Positions 27,818-36,802 of a DNA stretch of 61,847 nucleotides are shown here, one piece after another. Below the pieces are notes generated by a model, which did not search any database, was not told the DNA's origin, and worked only from the letters and a program-made list of their open reading frames with translations. A program made the translations under genes and the position numbers. Source of the stretch: Patescibacteria group bacterium (GTDB lineage: Bacteria > Patescibacteriota > Minisyncoccia > Phycocordibacterales > SBAW01). The stretch lies in NCBI GenBank assembly GCA_040389385.1, contig JAZKAA010000001.1, positions 1 to 61,847 of the forward strand, read 5' to 3'. Position 1 is the first letter of the stretch; each line of letters starts with the position of its first letter.

Positions 27818-27967
27818 ATGAATGAATTAGATAAAAAGAAATTAGAAAAATCCAAACTCGTTTTTGGCTATTCTGTTTTATTTCTTGTGATTCTTTTAGT
27901 TCTGGGGGCTGGATTTGTTGTTTTAATGATAAATGGATTTATCCACGGGGTAGTAACTAGCGGATAG
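27818..27967 (+). CDS. Small hypothetical membrane protein (49 aa), below the ORF-track cutoff
   Basis: ATG...TAG encoding MNELDKKKLEKSKLVFGYSVLFLVILLVLGAGFVVLMINGFIHGVVTSG, a basic N-terminus followed by one TM helix. It fills the AT-rich gap exactly, ending 1 nt before the tkt-C ATG. Confidence 0.35.
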   Translation: MNELDKKKLEKSKLVFGYSVLFLVILLVLGAGFVVLMINGFIHGVVTSG

Positions 27968-27968
27968 T

Positions 27969-28964
27969 ATGTTGCGATTAAACTCTCTAAAAGAGAATTT
28001 ATTTGAGAAGCCCGATATGGAGCCGACGCGTGATGGCTTTGGTCGCGGGCTTTTGGAGTTGGGAGAAACAAATCCCGACGTGGTGGCGCTATGCGCCGAC
28101 TTGGCCGAGTCGACACGCATGCTCGCTTTTAAAGAAAAGTATCCGGAGCGCTATGTCGAGCTGGGCGTTGCCGAGCAAAACCTTGCCACGGTGGCGAGCG
28201 GCTTGGCCAACTACGGCAAGATCCCGTTTATTGCCAGCTATGCCACCTTTAGCCCCGGGCGTAACAACGAGCAGATACGCACAACCATCAGCCTTAACAA
28301 TGTGCCGGTAAAGATTGCCGGGCATCATTCCGGACTCTCGGTGGGCCCCGACGGCGCAACGCACCAAGCACTCGAGGACATTGCGCTTATGCGCATGCAA
28401 CCCAATATGACGGTTATAAGCCCATGTGATAGCGAGGAGGCGCGCAAGGCAACCATCGCTGCTGCCGCCCATCCGGGCCCGGTGTACCTACGCCTGCATC
28501 GCGAAAAAACTCCCGTCATGACCACCCAAGAGACTCCGTTTGTACTAGGGAAAGCTAACGTCATGTATGAGGGTGATCACACGCCCGAGGTGGCAGTGTT
28601 TGCTACAGGCCCGTTGTTGTACCAGGCACTTTTGGCAGCCAAAGAGCTTGAGCACACCGTGCCCACAGTAGTAGTCAATGTGCACACTATCAAACCGCTT
28701 GATGCAGAGACGATTTTAAAATATGCCAAAGAGGCTGGCGCGGTGGTGACAGTTGAAGAGCATCAGGTCGCCGGAGGGCTGGGGAGTGCGATTGCCGAGC
28801 TGCTTGCGGCCAATACCCCCATGCCGCAGGAGTTTATAGGGGTGCATGACCGCTTTGGCCAGTCAGGCCAGGCAGATGAGCTGCTCAAACATTACAAACT
28901 CGATGCACCGGCGATTGTCGACGCTATCAAAAAGGTTCAACAACGAAAGGTGCGGGCGGGGTAG
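27969..28964 (+). CDS. tkt: Transketolase, C-terminal (pyrimidine-binding) subunit
   Basis: TRDGFGRGLLELGETNPDVVALCADLAEST, ERYVELGVAEQN, HHSGLSVGPDGATHQALEDIALMR and VTVEEH..AGGLGSA. An alternative start is the ATG at 28017. Confidence 0.9.
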   Translation: MLRLNSLKENLFEKPDMEPTRDGFGRGLLELGETNPDVVALCADLAESTRMLAFKEKYPERYVELGVAEQNLATVASGLANYGKIPFIASYATFSPGRNNEQIRTTISLNNVPVKIAGHHSGLSVGPDGATHQALEDIALMRMQPNMTVISPCDSEEARKATIAAAAHPGPVYLRLHREKTPVMTTQETPFVLGKANVMYEGDHTPEVAVFATGPLLYQALLAAKELEHTVPTVVVNVHTIKPLDAETILKYAKEAGAVVTVEEHQVAGGLGSAIAELLAANTPMPQEFIGVHDRFGQSGQADELLKHYKLDAPAIVDAIKKVQQRKVRAG

Positions 28965-29916
28965 CCAAGTTTTTTTCCAATTGCTCGCGTGTTAAGAGGC
29001 CCTTTTGCGCGCCTATCTCCTGCAGCACTGCCGAGGCGTTGACCGAGCCCCACATTAATGCCTCGGACAAACTTTTGCCCAGGCTAAGGGCAACAGTGGT
29101 GGTTGATGCAAGCGCATCTCCCGCGCCGGTTATCTCAAATGGTGCGCGCGGGTCTGGGTAGCGAGGGCAATGCAGCGTGGCGCCTGCCTCATCTATGGAG
29201 TAGCAGCCGCGTTTGTCGTCGGTAATCACTACTATTTTTGGCCCGAGTGCTTTAATGCCGGCAAGGAGTTGTTTGATATCGCTACCCACAGGGAGGCCCA
29301 AAATATGCTCGGCCTCTTCTTTATTGCAAAAGATAATATCGGTGCGTTTGTACACATCGGAAAGCGCTTCTTTGCCGATCTTAAATTGGAATGTTCCCGG
29401 TTGGAAGGCGAGCTTGGTAGTGCTCCAGCGTTTAAGCTGCTCGGCCAATGCGTTGTGGTAGGCGAGCGAATTTTCGCCCAGCGACGATAGGTACAGCCAC
29501 TTGGGGCCGGAGGGGAGCGGCGGCACGCGATACTCAAACTCCTCGTGTTTAACTAAAATAGTGCGGTTGTCGTCGTACCACAGTACAAAATGGTGGTTGG
29601 TGTGCTTGCCCTCTACACGCTCAACAAACGTACTGTCTACTTTGTCTTTGAGCAGCGAGGCAAGACACTCCTGGCCCTCTTGGTCGGCGCCCACATAGGC
29701 ACGCAGGCCCGAGTTTATCCCTAGCCGCGCCGCAGCCACGGCGGCATTGACCGCGTTGCCCACCGCAGGCACAAGCGTTGCAGACTCAAAAGGTATTTTG
29801 TCGCCCCAGCGCATACATATCTCGCAGTCCTCGTTGTTGATGTTGCAGTGCACCGACGCATCTTTGAGCCGGATAAACTCATCTACGACAATGTCGCCCA
29901 CGGCCAAGAAGTCCAT
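28927..29916 (-). CDS. PfkB-family carbohydrate kinase (ribokinase-like)
   Basis: N-terminal MDFLAVGDIVVDEFI, a GNAVNAAVAAARLG block, and the C-terminal nucleotide-binding motif ITGAGDALASTTTVAL. Its 3' end overlaps the convergent tkt-C by 38 bp. Confidence 0.8.
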   Translation of the reverse strand: MDFLAVGDIVVDEFIRLKDASVHCNINNEDCEICMRWGDKIPFESATLVPAVGNAVNAAVAAARLGINSGLRAYVGADQEGQECLASLLKDKVDSTFVERVEGKHTNHHFVLWYDDNRTILVKHEEFEYRVPPLPSGPKWLYLSSLGENSLAYHNALAEQLKRWSTTKLAFQPGTFQFKIGKEALSDVYKRTDIIFCNKEEAEHILGLPVGSDIKQLLAGIKALGPKIVVITDDKRGCYSIDEAGATLHCPRYPDPRAPFEITGAGDALASTTTVALSLGKSLSEALMWGSVNASAVLQEIGAQKGLLTREQLEKNLATPPAPFVVEPF

Positions 29917-29932
29917 ATATACTTACTAGTAT

Positions 29933-30781
29933 ATGCTGTCTTTGCGAGATGCGGTCGCGGAATATAAACAGACGGGGAAAGCCATCGGCCACTTCAACAT
30001 AAGTGACTCCAACCAGCTCGAGGCCATCGCCCAAGCAGCTAAAGAGGCCAGCCTACCGGTGATTATTGGCTTGTCGGAGGGCGAGCGGGAGTACTTTCCG
30101 CTTGCGCATGCGCGCTCGCTGGTAGATGACTATATAAAGGAGGGCATACAGATGTACCTCAATGCCGACCACACGTACGGCTTGGACAAAGCCAAGGCGG
30201 CTATAGATGCCGGCGTAGACTCGATAGTGGTAGACGGCGCCAAGCTGCCGTTGGCGGAGAATATCGCGCTGGTCAAAGAAGTGGTGGAATATTCGAAAGG
30301 CAAAGTAATAGTAGAGGGCGAGTTGGGCTACATCGGGCAGTCATCCAGCCTGCACGACGAGCTGCCGGAGGGCGTCTCGCTGGAAAACTTGACCACGCCC
30401 GAAGATGCAAAAAAGCTGGTGATGGAAAGTGGCATCGACATGCTCGCCCCGGCGGTGGGTAATATCCACGGCATGCTCAAAAACGCCGCCGAGCCGCGCC
30501 TGCATCCGGACAGGGTCAAAGCAATTGCCGAGGCGACGGGCGTGCCGCTTGTGTTGCATGGCGCGTCGGGCAATACCGAGGATGATGTGCGCGCATGCAT
30601 TGCTGCGGGCGTGGCTATCGTGCATATCAACACCGAGCTGCGTGTGGCGTACAAAGAGGAGCTGGTAAAGACGCTCCGCATGCACCCGAGTGAGGTAGCT
30701 CCGTACAAACTCCTGGCCCCCGTCGTCTTGGGTATGCGCACGTATGTAGCCCACAAACTTAGGGTATTTGCTAATAAATAG
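29933..30781 (+). CDS. fba: Class II fructose-bisphosphate aldolase
   Basis: AIGHFNISDSNQLEAIAQAAKEASLPVIIGLSEGE, LNADHT, GNIHG and PLVLHGASG match the class II FBA/tagatose-bisphosphate aldolase family. Confidence 0.9.
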   Translation: MLSLRDAVAEYKQTGKAIGHFNISDSNQLEAIAQAAKEASLPVIIGLSEGEREYFPLAHARSLVDDYIKEGIQMYLNADHTYGLDKAKAAIDAGVDSIVVDGAKLPLAENIALVKEVVEYSKGKVIVEGELGYIGQSSSLHDELPEGVSLENLTTPEDAKKLVMESGIDMLAPAVGNIHGMLKNAAEPRLHPDRVKAIAEATGVPLVLHGASGNTEDDVRACIAAGVAIVHINTELRVAYKEELVKTLRMHPSEVAPYKLLAPVVLGMRTYVAHKLRVFANK

Positions 30782-30804
30782 GTTTTTCTGTATAGTGTGC
30801 CGAC

Positions 30805-31464
30805 ATGGATCTGGTAGTAGAAAAGCGTGATACCAAGAAAAAGGCTAAATCTCTCCGCGAGAAGGGCCTTTTGCCTGCGGTTATATACGGCCGCTCCGAG
30901 GAGTCGACCCCCATTTCTGTCGATGCCAAGGTATTCGGCAAGCTGTTTAAGACGGCCGGCGAGTCCACTATTTTGACTATCAAGGGTCTCGGCGAGGACC
31001 GTCAGGCGCTTATCCAAGAGGTAGACTTTGACGCGGTCAACGGCCAGCCGGTGCATGCCGACTTTTATGCAATCGAAAAGGGCCAAAAGGTAACCGTCTC
31101 CGTACCGTTTGAGTTTGAGGGCGTATCGCCGGCGGTTAAGGAGCTTGGTGGTATTTTGACCAAGGTTATGCACGAGCTGGAAATGGAGGTAGAGCCTGCA
31201 GAGCTGCCGCAGCACATTGTGGTAGATATTTCCAAACTTGAGGCGCTTGATAGCCAAATAAAAATCAGCGATTTGTCGTTGCCCAAGAGTGCCAAACTGT
31301 CGGTTGACGCCGATGAGGTGGTTGCGATGATTTCTGTGGCTAAAGAAGAGGTAGAGGAGGTTGCAGCACCGGTTGACCTCTCTGCAATAGCAATATCCGA
31401 AGAGCGCGGCAAGAAGCCTGACGAAGAGGGCGCCGCCCCAGCAGAAGGAGAGTCCAAAGAGTAA
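30805..31464 (+). CDS. rplY: 50S ribosomal protein L25 / general stress protein Ctc
   Basis: REKGLLPAVIYG, HADFYAI and the acidic C-terminal extension are typical of the long Ctc form. Confidence 0.9.
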   Translation: MDLVVEKRDTKKKAKSLREKGLLPAVIYGRSEESTPISVDAKVFGKLFKTAGESTILTIKGLGEDRQALIQEVDFDAVNGQPVHADFYAIEKGQKVTVSVPFEFEGVSPAVKELGGILTKVMHELEMEVEPAELPQHIVVDISKLEALDSQIKISDLSLPKSAKLSVDADEVVAMISVAKEEVEEVAAPVDLSAIAISEERGKKPDEEGAAPAEGESKE

Positions 31465-31466
31465 TT

Positions 31467-31490
31467 AAATCCCGCCACTCGGCGGGATTT
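31467..31490 (+). terminator. Hairpin terminator after rplY
   Basis: AAATCCCGCC-ACTC-GGCGGGATTT, followed by a weak, interrupted U-tract (CCGTTTAT). Confidence 0.5.
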
Positions 31491-31498
31491 CCGTTTAT

Positions 31499-31960
31499 AA
31501 AAAGCAGGAGAGGCGACCCGAAGGCCGCCTCTGAGAAATTATTGGGAATGGGAATCTTGTGTGCTTTACGAACCTTTGCTCGCAAGGCGTTCCCATTTCC
31601 GGTCAATCCCTAACAACCGCAGATCGCCAACCATCTTGGCGAAAAACGAACCTATCCGGACAGTTGCTAGTCCGAGGACTAGCGGTGATGGAGAGTCACC
31701 TCTCGGATAGGGCGTGGCAGGATAAATCCTGGAGATTTGGGCTACATTGCTGTGCCCGTCGATCTCTTTGGATCATTGAGCGAAGCCCACCGGTCTACCA
31801 CGCTTTCCAGCGTCCCCTCCAGGGGAGGGGACGCTAGCCCTCGAAATTTTGCAGTGTGGAAAGATCATCGTGGATTGTTTTGAGCTTGACTAGAGCTCTC
31901 TGCAATCCACTAAAGTCGCGGCCAAGTCATGGCTACCTCCTTTTCGAACAAAATATTAAT
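31499..31960 (-). ncRNA. Candidate structured non-coding RNA of unknown class (~440 nt); orientation inferred
   Basis: No ORF of 60 aa or more on the minus strand within this interval, apart from the 3' end of the 31340..31606 shadow ORF, which runs into rplY. At least 8 perfect or near-perfect hairpins are present (listed in the finding). On the minus strand there is a terminator with a C(UUCG)G tetraloop and a T-run at 31499-31532, and a TTGACG-17 nt-TATTAA promoter-like site at 31956-31984. Confidence 0.45.
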
Positions 31961-32060
31961 ATCATATTAAATATTATTCGTCAAGTATCTCTAAAAGAAA
32001 ATGGGATTTTCATAGTAAGCCAAACCAGCCCTTCTACGTCTGTTAGAATATAGATAACTA

Positions 32061-33446
32061 ATGAAGGCACGGACTTTTGTATTGGGGCTGAGTACCTTTG
32101 TTGCCTTGGGCACAGCGGTCTACTGCATGGCCACTATTATCCCGCGCGCACAGGCGCAGGAGTTGACCCCGCAGGAGCGGGCCACGCTGCAGGCCCAGTA
32201 CGACCAGCTCCAGCAGGAGATAGCCCAGTACCAAAAGGTAATCGACGACACCAAAAATAAGGAAAAGAGCCTGCAGGGCGACGTAACCCAACTGGACGCC
32301 CAGATTAAAAAGGCGCAGGCCGAGATAAACCAGCGTACGCTCACTATCAACACGCTCACGAGCCAGATAACCCAAAAGGCAAAAAACATACAAACCCTGC
32401 AACAAAAAATAGACGCCGGCCACGACTCGCTCGCCAAAATACTGCGCGAAAAGGACCAAATAGACACGACCTCGCTCATGATACTGGCACTGTCCTCCGG
32501 TAGCCTCTCGCAGCTGATGGCCGACACCGACAACATCGACTCGGTCAATCAAAACCTACAGGACCTCTTTGATGAGCTGCGCGGGGTCAAGCAGCAGACC
32601 GAGGCCGAAAAGGCCGCGCTTGCAGCCCAGCAGGACAAGCAGCTCGATGCCAAGCACGATGCGCAGGTGCTGAAAGCTGCCGTCAGTACGGCCCAGCAGC
32701 AAAAGACCACGGAGCTTACCGTAACCAAGGGTCAGGAGAGCGCCTACAACAAAGTATTGGCGCAAAAGCAGGCGCAGGCGCAACAAATACGCAATGCGTT
32801 GTTTAACCTCCGCGACACCAAGGGTATTACCTTTGAGTCGGCGCTCCAGTACGCCACCGTAGCGCAGCAAAAGACCGGCGTCCGCGCCGCGCTTATTTTG
32901 GCAATCCTTTCGCAAGAGTCAGACCTTGGCGCCAATATCGGCAGCTGCTATGTAGGCAACCTCTCGACCGGTGACGGCTCGCGGATTAAAGACGGCACCG
33001 CGTACGAAAAGGTAATGAAGGCACCGCGCGACACCACGCCGTTTGAGGCCATTACCTCGGCGCTGGGCCTGAGCTGGCAGTCGACGCCTGTGTCGTGTCC
33101 CTTGGGCAGGACCTACACCTCCAGTCGTGGCTACGGCGGCGCCTTGGGCCCGTCGCAGTTTATACCGTCGACCTGGCAGCTGTTTGCTCCCCGTATAGAA
33201 AAAGGCTTGGGCGAAGGCACGGCCAACCCGTGGAATCCGCAAGACGCCATTATGGCCACCGCGCTCTATATGTCGGACTTGGGTGCAGGTAGCCAAAGCT
33301 ACACCGCCGAGCGCAACGCCGCCTGCAAGTACTACTCGGGGCGCTCCTGCGACACGCGCAGCCCCATCAACTACACCTACGGCAACTCGGTAGTAACCAA
33401 GGCAGACACCTTTCAGAAAAACATCGACTTCTTGAACAATTTGTAG
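32061..33446 (+). CDS. Secreted coiled-coil protein with C-terminal lytic transglycosylase (SLT_2/MltB-like) domain
   Basis: Signal/TM at the N-terminus. About 230 aa of Q/K/E-rich heptad sequence follows, then AALILAILSQESDLG (catalytic Glu context) and GGALGPSQFIPSTW. Confidence 0.75.
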   Translation: MKARTFVLGLSTFVALGTAVYCMATIIPRAQAQELTPQERATLQAQYDQLQQEIAQYQKVIDDTKNKEKSLQGDVTQLDAQIKKAQAEINQRTLTINTLTSQITQKAKNIQTLQQKIDAGHDSLAKILREKDQIDTTSLMILALSSGSLSQLMADTDNIDSVNQNLQDLFDELRGVKQQTEAEKAALAAQQDKQLDAKHDAQVLKAAVSTAQQQKTTELTVTKGQESAYNKVLAQKQAQAQQIRNALFNLRDTKGITFESALQYATVAQQKTGVRAALILAILSQESDLGANIGSCYVGNLSTGDGSRIKDGTAYEKVMKAPRDTTPFEAITSALGLSWQSTPVSCPLGRTYTSSRGYGGALGPSQFIPSTWQLFAPRIEKGLGEGTANPWNPQDAIMATALYMSDLGAGSQSYTAERNAACKYYSGRSCDTRSPINYTYGNSVVTKADTFQKNIDFLNNL

Positions 33447-33467
33447 AGTTGTGATACATTACTTGGC

Positions 33468-33677
33468 GTGAAAAAGGATACCCACCCGACATACTTTCCC
33501 GAGGCAAAAGTAACCTGCGCATGCGGGAATGTCTTTGCCGTGGGATCAACTAAGGAAAAGCTGGAGGTAGAAATCTGCTCCAACTGCCATCCGTTTTATA
33601 CCGGCAACGACAAGATACTCGACGCCGCCGGACGTGTAGAAAAGTTTAAGGCCCGCCGCGCAAAAGCAAGCAAGTAG
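33468..33677 (+). CDS. rpmE: 50S ribosomal protein L31
   Basis: [10 protein letters not shown]...CACGN...[10 protein letters not shown] is the canonical Zn-binding L31. GTG start. Confidence 0.95.
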   Translation: MKKDTHPTYFPEAKVTCACGNVFAVGSTKEKLEVEICSNCHPFYTGNDKILDAAGRVEKFKARRAKASK

Positions 33678-34538
33678 ATGGATCTAGACAAATATAAACA
33701 AAACCCCAAGACAGCACACTTGGTGGGGACACTCCAGTATCTCCAAAACGACGCTGACAAGGCGGCGCTCATCGCGCAGATGGACGAAATTTTAAAGTCC
33801 GAGGAGGGGAGCGACGAGTCGCCCAACGAAGTGGTGCTCGAGGTGCGCGCCGGCGTGGGCGGCCAAGAGGCCGCGCTCTTTGCCGAGGAGCTTGCCGATA
33901 TGTATCGCTCCTTTGCCGAGCGCGAGGGGTGGAATGTCCGCGTCATGTACGAGAGCAAGACCGACTTGGGCGGCTACAAAGAGGCCGCGTTTGAGCTGCG
34001 GGGCCTGGGCGTATACGACAAGCTGCGCTACGAGACGGGTGTGCACCGGGTACAGCGTATCCCCGCTACAGAAAAGGCCGGTCGCATCCACACCTCTACA
34101 GCCTCGGTCGCGGTGTTGCCGATACGCAAAAAGCACAAGATAGAGCTTAACCCCGCCGACATCGAGTGGGAGTTTAGCCGTGCGGGCGGCGCCGGCGGGC
34201 AAAACGTCAACAAAGTAGAGACTGCCGCGCGCGTCATCCACAAGCCGACCGGCCTTGATGCCCGCAGCCAGGCCGAGCGCAGCCAGGCCGCCAACCGCGA
34301 GCGGGCTATGGCTGTGCTTATGGCCAAGATAGAGGCGCTGCACGAAGAGCAGCAGGCCAAGGCGCACGCCGACGTGCGCGCCGAGCAGATAGGCACCGGC
34401 GACCGCTCAGAAAAGATCCGCACCTACAACTACCCGCAAGACCGCGTCACCGACCATAGGCTTAAAGAGAGTTGGTCTAACATCCCCAAAATTTTGGCGG
34501 GCAACCTTACTGCTATTGTAGATGCCTTCAAAAAGTAA
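33678..34538 (+). CDS. prfA: Peptide chain release factor 1, N-terminally short form (286 aa)
   Basis: [14 protein letters not shown] (P-x-T tripeptide, so RF1 and not the RF2 SPF motif). GGQ motif in [25 protein letters not shown]. The ATG directly follows the rpmE stop, so no upstream extension is possible. Confidence 0.85.
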   Translation: MDLDKYKQNPKTAHLVGTLQYLQNDADKAALIAQMDEILKSEEGSDESPNEVVLEVRAGVGGQEAALFAEELADMYRSFAEREGWNVRVMYESKTDLGGYKEAAFELRGLGVYDKLRYETGVHRVQRIPATEKAGRIHTSTASVAVLPIRKKHKIELNPADIEWEFSRAGGAGGQNVNKVETAARVIHKPTGLDARSQAERSQAANRERAMAVLMAKIEALHEEQQAKAHADVRAEQIGTGDRSEKIRTYNYPQDRVTDHRLKESWSNIPKILAGNLTAIVDAFKK

Positions 34539-35466
34539 TTGGTTGGCGCTTGGTATAGGGCTCGCCGCACTTGTGGTGTGGGCGAGTATTTGGAGTATTG
34601 CAGAGGCCCCGCATGATTTGGTGCGTAAAGAAAAGCAATCAGTGACCGTGCTGTTTGCCGGTGATATTATGCTCGACCGCAATGTGGCCGCGTGGCGCGA
34701 GTCAGACCCGGCGCCGATGTTTGCGGGGGTTGCTGACGTGTTTAACCAAGCCGACTACCGCGTGGCTAATCTCGAGGGCACCGTTACCACAAACTCCTCT
34801 ATTGCGCGGCAAAATTCCAAGATTTTGCGCTTTACCTTTGACCCGTCGTTTACCGAGACGGCGCTTAAACCTCTGCATCTCAGTGCCGTCTCGCTTGCCA
34901 ACAACCATGCGCTCGACTTTGGCGAGTTTGGGTACGACGACACTATTGCCTGGTTGGACGCACATAGCATCCAGCACTTTGGTCAGCCGTACAATGACAC
35001 GGGAAAACTGTCGACCGTGCTCCATACCAAGCTTGGCGACATTTGCCTGATGGGCTACATGGGCGTGTGGGGTGGGAGCACTACCAACACAGTGAGCGCC
35101 ATTGAGGCGCTGCGCCCAAGTTGCTGGCGCGTAGTGGTGTTTGCACACTGGGGTATCGAGTATCAGACAAGCGCGAGCCCCGAGCAGGTGGCTGCGGCGC
35201 ATGCGTTTGTTGATGCCGGGGCCGACGTGGTCATTGGCGCGCACCCGCACGTGGTCGAGCCGGAGGAGACCTATGCCGGGCACGCTATCTTTTACTCCCT
35301 TGGCAACTTTATGTTTGACCAAGAGTTTAGCCCTGAGGTCCAAAAGGGCCTTATGGTACAGGTCGATTTTGGTGCCGAAAAGACATGCTTTACCCCTATT
35401 CCGGTAGGTATAAGTCATGCCACAACGGCTGCTTTGGCGCCGCTAGACAGCCTATGTCTGTCGTGA
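34522..35466 (+). CDS. CapA-family (PGA_cap) metallophosphatase-like protein
   Basis: N-terminal [46 protein letters not shown] and [10 protein letters not shown]. Confidence 0.8.
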   Translation: MPSKSNWLALGIGLAALVVWASIWSIAEAPHDLVRKEKQSVTVLFAGDIMLDRNVAAWRESDPAPMFAGVADVFNQADYRVANLEGTVTTNSSIARQNSKILRFTFDPSFTETALKPLHLSAVSLANNHALDFGEFGYDDTIAWLDAHSIQHFGQPYNDTGKLSTVLHTKLGDICLMGYMGVWGGSTTNTVSAIEALRPSCWRVVVFAHWGIEYQTSASPEQVAAAHAFVDAGADVVIGAHPHVVEPEETYAGHAIFYSLGNFMFDQEFSPEVQKGLMVQVDFGAEKTCFTPIPVGISHATTAALAPLDSLCLS

Positions 35467-35581
35467 TATGGGCCTCGACGTCCATATAACCGTCGCTTCG
35501 GTCAGAATACAAGCAAGCTTGCATTCCTCCCTCCGCTAGGTTATAACTTACCCACGCCCAGAGGGGCATTTTTGCTAAAAC

Positions 35582-36316
35582 ATGTCTAACGACCTTATAG
35601 AAAAGTTGTTTAAAGTCGGGGCCCATTATGGGCTCTCTTCCTCGCGCCGTCACCCGAGCTCGCGCCCGTTTCTTTTTGGTAGCAAGGGCGGCACGGAGTT
35701 GTTTGATCTCGAAAAGACGAGCGCATTTTTGACCGAGGCACTGGAGTTTATCGCCAAGCTCGCCAAGGACCGCAAGGTGGTTTTGTTTGTCGGCGGCAAG
35801 GCCGAGGCCCGCGAGGAGGTCAAGCGCACAGCCGAGTCGCTCAATCAGCCGTACGCGGCGGCCCGCTGGATAGGGGGCTCGCTCACCAACTGGGCCGAGA
35901 TTAAAAAGCGCCTCAACCGCCTGCAAGAGATTACGGACCAGACCAAGAGCGGTGAGCTTGCCAAGTTTACCAAGCTCGAGCGCTTGATGATTGAGCGCGA
36001 GGCGACCGACCTCACCACTATGTTTGGCGGCCTTGTCGGCCTCACCAAGCTCCCCGACGCGCTTGTTGTTGTAGACCCCCGCGCGCAGGCAGGTGCTGTT
36101 GCCGAGGCTAACGCACTCAATATCCCTGTGGTTGCCTTGCTCAACTCCGACTGCGACGCAAGCACTATTGAGTACCCCATACCCGCCAACGATGCATCTA
36201 AAGCAACTATAGAGTATGTGCTCGCGCAAATTGCCGAGGCGTACCGCGATAACTTGGGCGCTGTTCCGACAGCTCCTACAGCGGCAGCAGCTCCTGTTGT
36301 GCCGGAAGTGCGTTAA
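35582..36316 (+). CDS. rpsB: 30S ribosomal protein S2
   Basis: LFKVGAHYGLSSSRRHPSSRPFLFG, FVGGKAEA, RWIGGSLTNW and the DPRAQAGAVAEANALNIPVVALLNSDCD block. Confidence 0.95.
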   Translation: MSNDLIEKLFKVGAHYGLSSSRRHPSSRPFLFGSKGGTELFDLEKTSAFLTEALEFIAKLAKDRKVVLFVGGKAEAREEVKRTAESLNQPYAAARWIGGSLTNWAEIKKRLNRLQEITDQTKSGELAKFTKLERLMIEREATDLTTMFGGLVGLTKLPDALVVVDPRAQAGAVAEANALNIPVVALLNSDCDASTIEYPIPANDASKATIEYVLAQIAEAYRDNLGAVPTAPTAAAAPVVPEVR

Positions 36317-36325
36317 ACTACAAAC

Positions 36326-36781
36326 ATGGCAATTTCTGCAGAAGCGGTAAAAGAGCTCCGCGACAAGACAGGCGTTTCTATGATGGAGTGCAAGAAGGCG
36401 CTTGAGGAGGCCGGCGGCGACATGGAGAAGGCACTTGGTATCTTGCGCGAGCGCGCAGTGGTCCAGGCAGGCAAAAAGTCCGATCGCGTCTTGGGCGCGG
36501 GCACGGTACAAAGCTACATCCACAACACCGGGCAGGTGGGCGCGATGGTACTTTTGTCGTGCGAGACAGACTTTGTATCTAAAAATGACGAGTTCATGGC
36601 CTTGGCGCGCGATATCGCAATGCACGTCTCCGCGATGCGTCCGGCCAACACCGAGGAGCTTCTTGCCCAGCAATACATAAAAGACCCGTCTAAAACTATC
36701 GGCGACCTACTTAACGGTGCTGTACAAAAGTTTGGCGAGCGTACAACAGTAAGTGACTTTGCCTGTTTTGCAGTTAAGTAG
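36326..36781 (+). CDS. tsf: Elongation factor Ts, short form (151 aa)
   Basis: AVKELRDKTGVSMMECKKALEEAGGDMEKALGILRE (UBA-like N-domain), followed by the YIHNTGQVGAMVLLSCETDFVSKNDEF core. Confidence 0.9.
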   Translation: MAISAEAVKELRDKTGVSMMECKKALEEAGGDMEKALGILRERAVVQAGKKSDRVLGAGTVQSYIHNTGQVGAMVLLSCETDFVSKNDEFMALARDIAMHVSAMRPANTEELLAQQYIKDPSKTIGDLLNGAVQKFGERTTVSDFACFAVK

Positions 36782-36802
36782 GCAAGCGGGTAGAATAAAG
36801 GT

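Noticed and set aside
28927-28964. 38-bp convergent overlap of tkt-C and pfkB (and 17-bp overlap of HAD with the thioredoxin-like gene at 38598-38614)
   Set aside because: Both partners have intact family-typical C-termini. This is most simply explained as compact genome organisation, not a special feature.
31499-31960. Tested whether the structured intergenic region is RNase P RNA, tmRNA, SRP RNA, or a T-box or riboswitch
   Set aside because: None of the expected signatures were found:
- no GAGGAAAGUCC / ACAGAA.CCGGCUUA P4 strands (RNase P)
- no GGGG…UUCGA 5' end, T-arm plus CCA 3' end, or tag ORF (tmRNA)
- no GGAAG/AGCA domain-IV motif (SRP RNA)
- no downstream gene on the minus strand that a cis-regulator could control

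It is kept as an unclassified ncRNA candidate instead.
33468-34538. Programmed +1 frameshift (prfB-type) or missed N-terminal exon for the short release factor
   Set aside because: The P-x-T motif identifies RF1, not RF2. The ATG directly abuts the rpmE stop, and no in-frame or +1 upstream coding potential exists.
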